Of a DNA stretch of 64,000 nt, positions 28,217 through 40,047 are shown in pieces. Under the pieces are notes generated by a model. It ran no database searches, had not been told where the DNA came from, and saw only the letters and a list, made by a program, of their open reading frames with translations. Origin of the DNA: Spizellomyces punctatus DAOM BR117. Its lineage: Eukaryota. The stretch lies in NCBI GenBank assembly GCA_000182565.2, contig KQ257454.1. One strand, 5' to 3'. The translations under genes were made by a program, and so were the position numbers. The stretch's first letter is position 1. The number at the start of each line of letters is the position of its first letter.

Positions 28217-28625
28217 ATGCCCAGGACAATATTAAACCCTCCCATGGAAATCATATGCTGGATGCCCAAGGTACTGCAAGATAATATCAAACATTCCCGT
28301 GGAAACGTACATCCTGGCATCCATGGGAGGGCAAGACAATATCAATGCATGAGCTCACATAATCTCAGCCAAGGGTCGGTTGCTCGCTGTGACCCAAGGC
28401 ACTGCAAGACAATATCAAACATGCCCATGGAAACGTACGTCGTGGCATCCATGGGAGGGCAAGACAATATCAACGCATAAACTCACATAATCTCAGCCAA
28501 GGGTCAGTTGCTCGCTTTGACCCAAGGCACTGCAAGACAATATCAAACCCGCCCGCCCGTGGAGCTCATGTAACCTCGGCAACCATGGGATGGCACGACA
28601 ATATCAAAGCCTCCCATGGAACTCA
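28217..28625. repeat. Tandem array with 128-bp period (about 3 copies) and 7 copies of a GCAAGACAATATCAA-like submotif
   Basis: Units begin CCCAAGG at 28265, 28393 and 28521. The submotif occurs near 28222, 28276, 28331, 28404, 28459, 28532 and 28593. Confidence 0.85.
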
Positions 28626-29175
28626 GATACCCTCAGCTTGGGACACTTTTGCCCGGTGGGGACAGTTTCGCGTCAGCATTTGGGGAGGTCCTGCTCCGTG
28701 TCAAAACCGCTGTTTCTCGGCTACTGAGCGTTGTAATCCATGCGTTCCGCCTTTGAATGCACACGCTTGTTGGACAAGTGCCCTTCTCTCGCAATAGCTG
28801 TAGCAACGATTACCTTTTAAAAGGGCCTCGGTGGTTAAACCTCGGAAATAACGTCTGATATACCAGAGTATGTTTTCAGCAGTTCTCAACCCTACCAAAC
28901 TCACGGGGGATTTTTGTGGCCTCGCTCACCCCCAAAAAAACGTCGGAGTTGAGCTGTCGCTTTCCCTCGAGAAATGCTTTGGAAAGGGCCCGAGGGGAAG
29001 GAAGAAGGAGGTTTCCAAATAGAGTCGCGTCATCATGTAATCAAAAGTCCGAGAACGTTCATTATTTTCCCACGTCCAATTCCTCGCTGTTTTCAACCAT
29101 TTTTTGTTATATTTTTATTCTGACAGCAGTACAAAAGCCGTTCTGCTCGCTTTTAACCTTGTCCTGGTCGTCACT

Positions 29176-29199
29176 GTCGTCGTCGTCGTCGTCGTCGTC
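29176..29199. repeat. (GTC)8 microsatellite
   Basis: Direct reading. Confidence 0.9.
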
Positions 29200-29411
29200 G
29201 TTGCCGTGCGGGTTCATATGTGCGACTGCGCTGTCCACGCGCGAGCGTTCTAAAGGCTGACGCGATGTCCCCTTCCATCTCTTTGCCCCCTGAGATCTTC
29301 TTCATAATGACAACGCCAATTATCCCCTGCACGTTTCTCTTTTTTCTCTTTGGACTTGCATGCCGCAATTTGAGTGACGTTTTTCCTTTTTTCCTTTCTG
29401 CTTCTGAGGTC

Positions 29412-29450
29412 TATAAAAAGGCAGCGCTTTTTCCTCCCCCCCCCCCCCCC
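29412..29450 (+). promoter_or_regulatory. TATA box followed by a pyrimidine tract and C15 run; putative Pol II promoter with no recognisable gene
   Basis: CTATAAAAAGGCAGCGCTTTTTCCTCCCCC resembles the layout upstream of U4 (CTATAAAAGAGCGCGTTTCCCCATCCCCCCC). Confidence 0.4.
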
Positions 29451-29667
29451 ACCGTACTCTCAGCTCATCGCACACTCGCTCTTCGAGATAGTCTTATCAC
29501 GCCATCTGCCATCGCCCATTCTTATCAACTATATTCACCTCCCGGGTCCTCCCGGGTTGTCTACACTGTCTGCGCGCCGCTGCGCTTAACCAACACGACC
29601 TCAACGCGACTTGTCTACAGTGTCTGGCACTGGCAACTCGGCTCCCAGCCTGTGTCCCTCTCATCAT

Positions 29668-30030
29668 CCAGTATCGACGCTCCAAGTCTTCCGCCTCATC
29701 CCTTCTCTGCGGCCTGGGATGCCTATTATCGCCATCCTCTTCCTTGTTGCTGGGCATCGACCTTTCTATCCCTGGCCCGCCAGTATCCATTCTCGACGCT
29801 CTAAGTCTTCCTCCTCATCCCTTCTCTGCGGCCTGGGATGCCTATTATCACCATCCTCTTCCTTGTTGCTGGGCATCGACCTTTCTATCCCTGGCCTGCC
29901 AGTATCCATTCGCGACGCTCTAAGTCTTCCTCCTCATCCCTTCTCTACGGCCGGAGATGTCTATTATCACCATCCTCTTCCTTGTTGCTGGGCATCGACC
30001 TTTCTATCCCTGGCCCGCCAGTATCCATTC
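29668..30030. repeat. Tandem array with 119-bp period, about 3 copies
   Basis: Equivalent ATGs (ATG[C/T]CTATTATC) at 29719, 29838 and 29957. Confidence 0.9.
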
Positions 30031-30277
30031 TCTTCATCCTAGGAGGCTTCGCCACCGATCAAGATCATCGATTTTCCGTTCCCGACAGGTCTTCGGAAGG
30101 AACCATCGGCGTGTTCTCACCTTGAGTTTCCTCTTGCTGAGCATCGATCTTTCTATTCCAGGCCGGCCAGCATCCATTCTCTTCATCTTCGGAGGCTTTG
30201 GCACCGATCAAGATCATCGACTTTCTGCTTTCCGACAGGTCTTCGGAAGGAACCATCGGCGTGATTCTCACCTTGAG
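30017..30277. repeat. Tandem duplication with about 149-bp period, about 2 copies, sharing sequence with the 119-bp unit
   Basis: CCGATCAAGATCATCGA...CCGACAGGTCTTCGGAAGGAACCATCGGCGTG at about 30055 and about 30204. Confidence 0.85.
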
Positions 30278-30412
30278 GTATGTCTTTGGATTCGACTACT
30301 TGCTCATACTCGTCACATTGTTCACAACATCCTGGACATCACAGTGATCCAGTCTCCGACCTTTCCCATCTCGACATCGACTGGTCTGGGGTATGACATT
30401 AAAACTACCCTC

Positions 30413-30760
30413 GGCGTGTGGCAGGGCGTCGTCAAAAAGAAGTGCGAAACCGCCGGCGGTTGGCACGTCGTCAAACAAGAAAAAGGCCCGGCGTGTGTGG
30501 GCGTCGTCAAAGAGAAGTGCGAAACCACCGGCGGTTGGCACGTCTTCAAACAAGAAAAAGGCCCGGCGTGTGTGGGCGTCGTCAAAGAGAAGTGCGAAAC
30601 CACCGGCGGTTGGCACGTCGTCAAACAAGAAAAAGGCCCGGCGTGTGTGGGCGTCGTCAAAGAGAGGTGCGAAACCACCGGCGGTTGGCCCACGTCGTCA
30701 AACAAGAAAAAGGCCCGGCGCGGGTGGTTAGGGAGAACGTGTCGTCAAACAAGTAAAGGC
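30413..30760. repeat. Tandem array with 75-bp period, 4 copies plus a partial copy
   Basis: GCGTGTGTGG at 30491, 30566 and 30641; two CGTCGTCAAA motifs per unit. Confidence 0.95.
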
Positions 30761-32277
30761 AGGGTGGACTCCCAGTCGAGGTACGTTCAAATTTCGAGGT
30801 AATATCGCAAAAGGTTGTGAACATACTGTCATGAAGGGAAACAGCGTGTGGTGCGGGAGAACTCCATATCATTGCTGCGCTGAGCTTGCCGGATGTCAAG
30901 GATGTGGGACGGTTACAACTAACGGAAAAGTGACAAGATTGTTCTTCGGCTCTATTGGATTGTCTGCCCTGTGCCGTGGACGGCAGATGGTACGTGCTGT
31001 TTTTCGAACTTCTCAATTCTTCATATGATCTTGACCAAGTGAAGATCTCTACGTGCAGTGGCTGTGGACATGACGTTTCGGTTCGCGTTAAGGCATATCC
31101 ATTTCATGAGTATTGAAGGGAATGTCGATATGCGCTTTTCATTCCCTGGGTTTTCGCTAATCACTGGCTCTGCCAAGGAGGGTTTTTCGACAGCATCGCA
31201 TCTTCCCTCTAAGTAGCGTTAAAAACGCAGAAGTCGCTCGTTGCGTTTTTTCCGTCAATCTATTTCTTAGTCACCTTTTTGTGCGGCTGAGCATCTAGAG
31301 TACAGCGAAAGTTGCCCGTGCTGATGGCGATTAATTACTCGCTGCTCTGTCCTTTTTGGAGTCCGGAACAAGATGTAAGAGATGCCTCGACAATCTGAAA
31401 ATACACTGACACGGAATCAAATAAAGGACCTGATGGCAGCGACAGAAGACGCTGACGGCCGTGTGTCTGCACCCAGACGACGGGCCCCATCAACCCACCA
31501 ACGTCGTCCCGTTCTTGAACAGACATCTCACTTTCTCGGGTGCTCATGGAATAGGACGTACAGTTCAGGCGGCCACTCTACTTTCTGGGGGCCAAACCAA
31601 TGAACAGTGAAACACGTCAAATATCATGTAGGTGCCAGCGGGATTTCTATCTAATGGTCGTTACAGATACTGCTATAAGAATCATCGTAGCGCCTAGATA
31701 AAGCAGGGACGTTTTTTGCTAACCCGAATATTTTTTGTCGGCAGCGTGAGGAGGGGCATCGTTAATTGAACTTGATAACATTTTGTCGCCTCTTCAACTG
31801 AATTAATTCGTCAATCATGAAGAGCAAAGTCGCAGTCTTTGTATTCGCTGACTTGCAGTCGATCAATATTTTCTAGGGACATCCTGACAAACGGTACGTA
31901 GAGTCTGGGACGTCTCTTGGCGGGTCTCTTTGACACGTCGATCAGAAGTGAGAGTAACGCGAAACGCGTGTGGACATGACTGGTAGTGTATGTCCGATGA
32001 TGTCGGACAAACCAATATCTGCGCCGCTCGTCGGCAACTGACGGCGGTTGTAAACGAAATGCACGGCAGTGAGCGTGGGCATGTTTTGGTTGCCACCCGT
32101 GAAGGAGGCCGCCTGCTACGCCGTGCGAGGGAAAAATGCTTCCATCTTTCCCCCTCGCAGGTTATTAATGTGTTAAAACCACTTGTAATGTTCCACTGTA
32201 ATGGGATCGATCCAATATTCAATCGTATGAGGTTGCCTGATTGATACGAGTCCAGCTATTTTACTTTGCATACCACC

Positions 32278-33286
32278 ATGGATATCGACCCCAGCATCAC
32301 CTTTGCGGATGCTTCAGGTCCCCAGGTTGCGATTCGGGAGATAACAAAGACCACAGTTAGCTTTGTTTTAAGCAATACGGAATTAGCTCTTGCCAATGCT
32401 TTGCGACGGGTAATGATCGCTGAGGTGCCTACAATGGCAATCGATTTGGTCGAGATCGAGGCGAATACGGTACGTTGATGAGGGCATAATTACTAGGTGG
32501 AGTTGTTCAGCGCTGGAGGGGAGAAACAGAGCTGTTCTTCTGGAGGAGCTTGGTCGCGCCAATGCATTTGCATCCAGTCTGGCTAACCAGTAAAATATCC
32601 CACCGTAGACGGTCCTCTCAGATGAGTTCATTGCTCACCGATTAGGCTTGATACCGCTTGTCTCTACGGACGTCAAGCGTATAAATTACACCCGCGACTG
32701 CTCCTGCACTCAGTACTGCGATAGATGTTCTGTCGAATTCAAACTCAATGTATCCTGCCAGAACGATCCGACCCGCGAGGTTCATTCCCGCGATCTTATC
32801 TCAAGTCATCCCACCATTGTACCGTACCTGGAAACACCTGATGACAAGGGTGTATTGCTGGTGAAACTTAAGAGGGGGGAGGATTTACGAATACGCTGTA
32901 TAGCGAAGAAGGGAACAGCGAAGGAACATGCAAAGTGGGCACCCTGCACGGGTATTGCTTTCGAGTATGATCCGCATAACAAATTGCGGCATACAACGTA
33001 TTGGTATGAGGAGGATATGAAGGGAGAATGGCCAAAGAGTGCACATGCGGATGAGGAGCCAGAACCCAAAGACGGTGAACCATTTGATTACAAAGCGAAA
33101 CCGGATAGGTTTTATTTCACAGTAGAGTCTACGGGAGCATTGGAGCCAAGAGATATTGTGGTGGGAGCGCTGGATGTCTTGCGATCGAAACTGGCGCAGC
33201 TGCAGCTTGCGCTGCAAAGTATAGCAAATGAGCAAGGCGAGGTGGCAATTCCAGTAGATGATGCAGTCCCAGGTGGATATTATTAA
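32278..33286 (+). CDS. RPB3: RNA polymerase II subunit RPB3, one intron (about 32470-32608)
   Basis: [76 protein letters not shown]. Confidence 0.97.
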
Positions 33287-34564
33287 TGAAATTTGGATGA
33301 AGTCTATTGTGTGCTGCATGGGCCCAAAGACACATGCTGTGTCCGATAATCTGCGATGAAGATGTCACCTCGCGCAAATATTGTGTTGAAGTCCGTAAGA
33401 ATTTGGCGATTGAGCATCAGTGATATTATGTTATCGTATGTTATGTTACTGTCTATCCATATACTGCGATTTATTACTTTAGGTTGGAGTCAACCTTCCA
33501 GTGAGACTCTTGATGATAGGCTTAGTGATCGACGCACTCCCGTCATACTCGCACTATTCTGTACCAAACACTCTCACGGTGCATTCTTCCGACTGTACCG
33601 GATTTGTCATCTCTTGTGTCGTCTCTAAAACCTTGCAATACTATAGAATATTAAGGGATATCGAAACGCCACCATCGAGATGAGCTATTATTCTCGCAGT
33701 ACTTCACCCTGGTTGACCAACGTTGCCCAGGTGGGCACGTTCCCAGATATCCACCAAAGTAAGCGATATTTTCTCAACAGCTAATAGATCCCCTGGAAGA
33801 AAGCATTAGAAGCGCCGATTAGCCGCGGACTGTTTGTTAAGTTGGCACAGTCGAATATGGTATGATAGTGTGCAGCCTTCACTGAATATAGAATAATGGG
33901 TTGCAGGTGAGCTTCTTGCCTAAGATCGGGATCATTGGCACATCCACTGGTAATACAGGAGCAAGGAACAAGCACAAGCCAGGATGGTTGGCATAAAAAC
34001 ATATGACGGCCATCCAATGACGCTGGACATCAGCATTAACCTATGGCTTCTAGTCCACATTGTTGATCGCTGCGACAGGATCTCCGGACAGGTCACAGTA
34101 CCGAACGACAAAACTTACATGTATTTCATGTGTTGATGTGTCATTGCCATCCAACCATGATGGTAAATGAGCAGAATGCAAAGATCTTTCGGTAGCCGTT
34201 GGCGGAGGGTCTCCGTGTCGATGCACCGTTCTGGGTGTTGGAGGGTACAATGACATGATCTTGTTTCAGAAGATCAAATGATGACAAAATAACCCCCAAA
34301 GGTCGCTGATCTGGTTGAGACAAACTGGTAATAATTATTTGCAGAACGAACGAACGCTGGGAGAACATTGAAGGTGGAGGTTTCAGGCTGACCGGCGCAG
34401 CGGAGGGTAAAAATCGGTGGTGCTGCCGATGTGACAGCACTTTCGAGCCATGAGCAATTCCCATCGTCTGGGTGTGTGCTATTGTCGTCTCCAATAACTG
34501 CCGATTTACTTTCTAAACGTACCTTACACGCTCATCTTACTGTTGTAGTTCGCAAGTCGCCAGT

Positions 34565-35793
34565 ATGAAGATTTTCTTGTTTGCCGCTCTCAGCGTGGTT
34601 ATTGGCATCTTCTGTGCTACTACTTCATATGCGGCCCCGCCTCATGTACCTCTGGTATCTTCATGCTTTTGATTTGTTTAGACTTCCTTGTGCGCTAAAC
34701 GCCCTTCGCCCCTGATTTTCATATAGATCCATGCAGCAGGTCTCGGCCACCCTGTTAATCATCGACCCGGCAGAGCCAAGGCCGATGTTGCTGGTTATCG
34801 GTACCCTGTGCAAAAAAATCAAGTGCAGAACAGCGGACTGCAGCAGGAGCAGAAGAATAAGAATAACTTTGCGAATCAGCAGAAGAACTTTGATCATCTC
34901 CGTAATCAGCACAAGCACCAAGATGTCGCTCAGCAAACTGATCAAACCGATGTTGACGGACAGTGTATCATGACCTATGAGAACTGGTATATATGCCTTT
35001 GTGATATCATCTTCACTTTCAGCGGTCTGCACTGCTAAAGATCACTATTTTCCAAGGAATAATTATGTCGATTGGGATCTGCAACAAGCCAAACAAAACT
35101 TCAAAGACATGAAGAAAAAGGCGCAGAATAATTTGAGTAACGATGAAATCAACCAACTAAAGAAGTTGGCTGAACGTAACCGCAATGCCCTAGGACAGCA
35201 GCAATGCGTTCTCACCTACAATCAACTACAGATTTACGAGCGGTTCGTGTTCTCCGCAAAATGGTAAATGTTTCTGTATCAACTAACAACAACTACAGTC
35301 AAGCCAAGGCTCGCGACCAGTATGATAGAGTTCAGGGAAACCAGAAATCGACAAAGAAGGACGGTAACAAGTACTCTAACAACAACATCCAGCAACAGCA
35401 GACCGACGCTGGGAACTTTGACTACCAACTTGGTATAATGGAGTAAGTACATTTCCACGCTGCGTGATATGGTATTCTGAACCTGATCTTCAAATTGCGA
35501 CACTAAGTCGCTTCTGTCTTGTCACCTACAATGCGCAATGGCAAAACCTCGACAATGAGCTCACAGCCGATCGCAAAACTACCCAGAAACTGCTGGATTA
35601 TGCCAAAAATAAAGGCCAAGAATACTACAACATCAAGCAACCTAAACCGGACGGATACGAGAATCAGCAAAAGAACCAGAAAAATCAAAATGATCAATAT
35701 CTCAACCGAGCCTGCATGGTTTTTGACTTTCAGATCAATTTGTATACGCAATGGCTCGCCAACTACGGCATCAATCTGGGGAAGAATATTTGA
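34565..35793 (+). CDS. Secreted Gln/Asn/Lys-rich protein of unknown function, multi-exon; exon junctions partly uncertain
   Basis: Signal peptide MKIFLFAALSVVIGIFCATTSYA. Q/N/K-rich exons with recurring C-hydrophobic-TY motifs; GT-AG introns; stop at 35793. Confidence 0.65.
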
Positions 35794-36051
35794 CTAAAAA
35801 GTCCACTGACGACGCGGTGGGAAGAGTGCGGATAGTCGTAGTTGCTAGTTCTCTTGGTCTATTCATAGCCATATGTAGTAAACGATATCTAGTAAAGTGC
35901 ACCATCTAGTGGAGTATTCAAATGATTCAGTACTTTTGTCGTGGTGAAAGCCTTGAGCTGTTGCATAACATGATTCCATCCACATCGAATGCCACTCGAA
36001 TGGCCTAAGGCCCTGCGAATAGGTTGGGAACTGGAATTACGTGTTTAGTTC

Positions 36052-36059
36052 AGTGGCAA
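36052..36059 (+). promoter_or_regulatory. PACE-like (Rpn4-type) element AGTGGCAA upstream of RPN10
   Basis: Matches the (A/G)GTGGCAA core, about 65 bp before the ATG. Confidence 0.4.
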
Positions 36060-36122
36060 TCTTACCTGCGCGACATCCGATTCTTACAATTGACTGTATA
36101 TTGAAGAAAGCAAAGTAGGAAC

Positions 36123-37664
36123 ATGGTCTTAGAAGCAACCGTCTTGGTGTACGTAGACGCAAAATTTGGGCGCCGTAGTTTGATTTGCAAATAAATTCTT
36201 GGTACCTTAGGTTGGATAACTCGGAATGGATGCGCAACGGCGACTACACTCCGACGCGGATGGAAGCGCAAAGCGATGCTGTAACGTTTCTCTTCAATGC
36301 AAAAACACAGTCAAATCCTGAAAACACTGTTGGTCTTATGACTATGGCGGGCAAAAGGTACGCCTTTGTATTGCGTATGGCCGCGGCATTCGAAAGCGAC
36401 AGAGTCTCACGCGACTGACAACAGCCCCGAAGTGTTGGTGACCCTGACGCCCGATATTGGAAAAATTTTGACGGCCTTGCACAATATACGAATTGCGGGT
36501 AAGGTTAACCTTTCCACTGGCGTCCAGATTGCACAGGTAACGTTTACGGGTTCCACGAGTGTGTCGAGTACTTGACAGAGTGCTTAGAGTACTCACGCCG
36601 TGATTACTGTTAGCTCGCATTGAAACATCGACAGAACAAAAATCAGCGCCAACGTATTGTCGTATTTGTTGGTAGCCCACTAGAAGAAGATGAGAAAACT
36701 CTTGTCCGACTTGGCAAGAAATTGAAGAAGAACAATGTTGCGGTGGATATTGTCAACTTTGGAGAGGAGTCGGAGAATACCCAAAAATTGGAAGCCTTCG
36801 TGGCTGCTGTTAACAGCAACGACAATAGGTAGAGCTGGACGAATTCTGGGGATTCGGAGATAACGCGTGACGTGCTGACCGCTTCCTGAACAAATCAGTC
36901 ATTTGGTTTCCATCCCTCCTGGACCACACATTCTTAGCGATGTTCTTCTTACATCACCTATTGTTGCTGGAGAAGACGGGGCGCCACCGGGTTTTGCTTC
37001 TGGAAGTGGCTTTGAATTTGGTGTTGACCCGAATTTGGATCCCGAATTGGCTTTGGTGCGTCTAGACGTCAGCAGCTCGAGCTGTATGTCGACTCGTTCT
37101 TCTAATCTGAGCTACTCAACGACAGGCACTACGGATATCTATGGAGGAGGAAAGGGCACGACAGGAGGCGGCAAACCGAGGAGGGGCTGAAGGTGCAGCT
37201 GGGGGCGATGCAATGGTAGTAGATTCAGCCTTCAGCGCTCCAACAACCGCAGCAGGAGGTTCTACAGAGGAGGAGGACATGCTTCAACAAGCTCTTGCTA
37301 TGTCTATGGGACAACAGCCAGGGGTATGTGGAATGTGAAATTATTAGCTCACCCATGGGGAAAGCTGACGCGTGTGGCACATAGGGTGCAGCTATGGACG
37401 TTGAATTGTCTGAAGAAGAACAAATGGCGCGGGCCATTGCAATGTCCATGAGCCAGGTAATGCAGAGACTTTTTCAACAGTCGAAATTGACATTTAACCG
37501 TCCCTTGATTGATGACACAGGGAGGTGACCAAGCAGCGGACATGAATTCAATCATAAGCTCTTTGCCGGGTGTCAACATGGACGATCCTCGACTTCGTGC
37601 CGCGCTAGAGGGTGGTTCAAAGGCTGAAGAGAAAAAGGATGGAGAGGACAAGAACAAAAAATGA
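36123..37664 (+). CDS. RPN10: 26S proteasome ubiquitin receptor Rpn10, multi-exon
   Basis: [24 protein letters not shown], vWA domain, [22 protein letters not shown] and further UIM motifs. Confidence 0.97.
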
Positions 37665-38469
37665 GATAGTGTATCTATAACTGCCCATCAGAATCAGTAA
37701 TCTCCTGCAAACAAAAAGGAAAAACCATATATCTGACTCTAGCCAACATTGATTGTCATCGACCACCCGCATCTCAACATGTAGATATCGACAATTCAGC
37801 GTGTCCAGAAAGTCGATAACGCTGTGCGAACAGGCTCTCCTAGTCCCACCGCTAGCCATTGAGTCTACCTTTAACCTGGGGGGTAAAACAGTGCAAGCTG
37901 TAGGGAATTCAAGAAGCAACGAGGTTTCGACGTGGTAAGGCAACCACTAAGATATGCGTGAACGGGTGGGGTTGCTTCTACTTGAAGTCGAAACATATCA
38001 GTAAGCAGCTGCGCTCTCTAGGTGCGTACCTGTGATCACGGGCAGTCTGACCATAGCAGCTTGCATGTCGAAAGGGGAAGGATGAGACCACTCCTCCAGT
38101 GAGTTGATCTCAATCAAAGAGTTAGATGATCGGTGTAGATGGATGGGATTCAGAAGAGAGGGATGGCTCTTTATATTCCATAAGAAGGTGCGATTGTCAC
38201 GACAGCGACAATGAACAGAACATGAAAGCTGATTGGAATATGGACCCGTTATTGCGTGATGACTAATCTCCACCTTTCAAGAACTAACCGCGCGACTAAG
38301 CGTACATTCGAATGAACCATGAATTTTTCGTTGCGATGTCCCAGTTTCGCAACTGAATGAGTTGTTGGGCATTTGTGTTTTACGACGCACATTTTCTTAC
38401 AGGCCGAATCATCTGGTTGCGTCCCTATCACACCCTTGGCATACCATTTTGAGGACAAACGCAGCCGAC

Positions 38470-40047
38470 ATGGTAAGGAATGATGAGAAGGATGATCATG
38501 GCCCAGCAGGCTATTATTGGCGGCAGCCATCCACCGTTACCACTGGCGATTCACATATGCTTCACAGCGTCCCATTCTTTTACACGGACATACTCGGTCG
38601 TTGACCAAAATCAAATATAACCGCGACGGTGATCTCCTTTTTTCGACTTTCAAAAGACAACAAGCCAAACGTCTGGTTTTCTCATAATGGCGAGCGTCTC
38701 GGAAGTTACAATGGACACAACGGAGCTGTATGGGATTTGGACGTTAGCTGTGAGTTGCCACGCCGGGAATACCTGGCTCGACAGTTGCTATGGAAAGCTT
38801 GTTGAGTGGAGGCCAGTCGCTTACTTATCCTCATTAGACGACAGCACTCGACTATTGACGGGATCAGCCGATAACAGCTGCAGACTCTGGGAGGTTCAAA
38901 CCGGACGGCAACTTTTCCAATGGAATACGCGGACGGCAGTGAGAGCAGTGCAATTTGCACAGGGAAACCGGATGGCATTGTACGTCACGGATGCTACGAT
39001 GGGCCAGCCTTCAACAATCTGGATCGTCCCAGTCGAGGAGGATCTCGAGAACCGTATGTGTATCGCTTTCAGATGCGGATTTGGCTACGATACTTATGCT
39101 CTATCAACAACAGAAACTGACGAGTTTATTCGCAAAATCGTAATTACCGGTCCCAAAGCCACCGTTGCATCATGGGGTGATTTGAACAAAACTATTTACA
39201 CGGGTCACGAAGATGGAACCATTACAATTTGGGATGCAGAGGTAATTCGGACCGAGCGATTGTGTTTTAAAGCTATCGATGTATTAAATCCTTGTCGTGT
39301 GACAGACTGGAGAGAAGATAAAGTCCGTAAAAAGCCACACAGAATCGATCTCCGATATGCAATGGTCCAAGGATTTCGGTTACTTCATTACAGCCTCGAA
39401 GGATCAGACTTCGAAGATCTTTGACGGAAAGACCCTTAAAGTGATGAAGACATACACAACGGAGCGTCCCGTGAACTCAGCTTCATTGTCTCCAATCCGA
39501 CCTCACGTAAGTTGAAGTACCATTGCAGAGTTGTCGTACGGCTCGGTAACACGCAGTGTTTTTGCTCTTTGTAGATTATGCTCGGTGGTGGTCAGGAGGC
39601 GATGAATGTGACCACAACTGGGGCCAAGCAAGGAAAGTTCGAAGTTCGGTAAGTTCACATGATCTCCCTTATATGGCCGATCTGGAGGGTGGGCCAGTCG
39701 CATGATTCCACTAACCGCGTTACTATCTACAATTAGCTTTTTCCACTTACCTTTCGAGGAAGAGATTGGTCGAGTGAAGGGACATTTCGGTCCGATCAAC
39801 ACTCTGGCATTCCACCCTGATGGCCGAAGGTATGAGATGGCGGTAGCAAGCTAGGATAACCTGTTTATGATGCTGACTTCCGATACGCAGTTTTGCAAGC
39901 GGTGGTGAAGACGGTTTCGTTCGACTCCATCATTTCGACGAGGATTACTTTACATTCAAGTACGTGTCCAACACTCCTCGATATTGTGAGTCGCATTTCT
40001 AAGATCCGTTCCTTCTGAATAGATACGAAGAGGAAACCCTTGAGTAA
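38470..40047 (+). CDS. TIF34: Translation initiation factor eIF3 subunit i (WD40); apparent +1 frameshift at about 38648-38650
   Basis: [87 protein letters not shown]. Confidence 0.92.

Noticed and set aside
28217-28625. CRISPR-like appearance of a short repeated motif with intervening sequence
   Set aside because: The intervening segments are themselves duplicated with a 128-bp period, no cas genes are present, and the context is eukaryotic.
30720-30740. TTAGGG as a telomeric repeat or telomerase template
   Set aside because: Single hexamer, expected by chance.
33780-34500. Minus-strand ORF 34050-34256 with a GTAAGT donor
   Set aside because: I could not assemble a convincing multi-exon protein or recognise a family.
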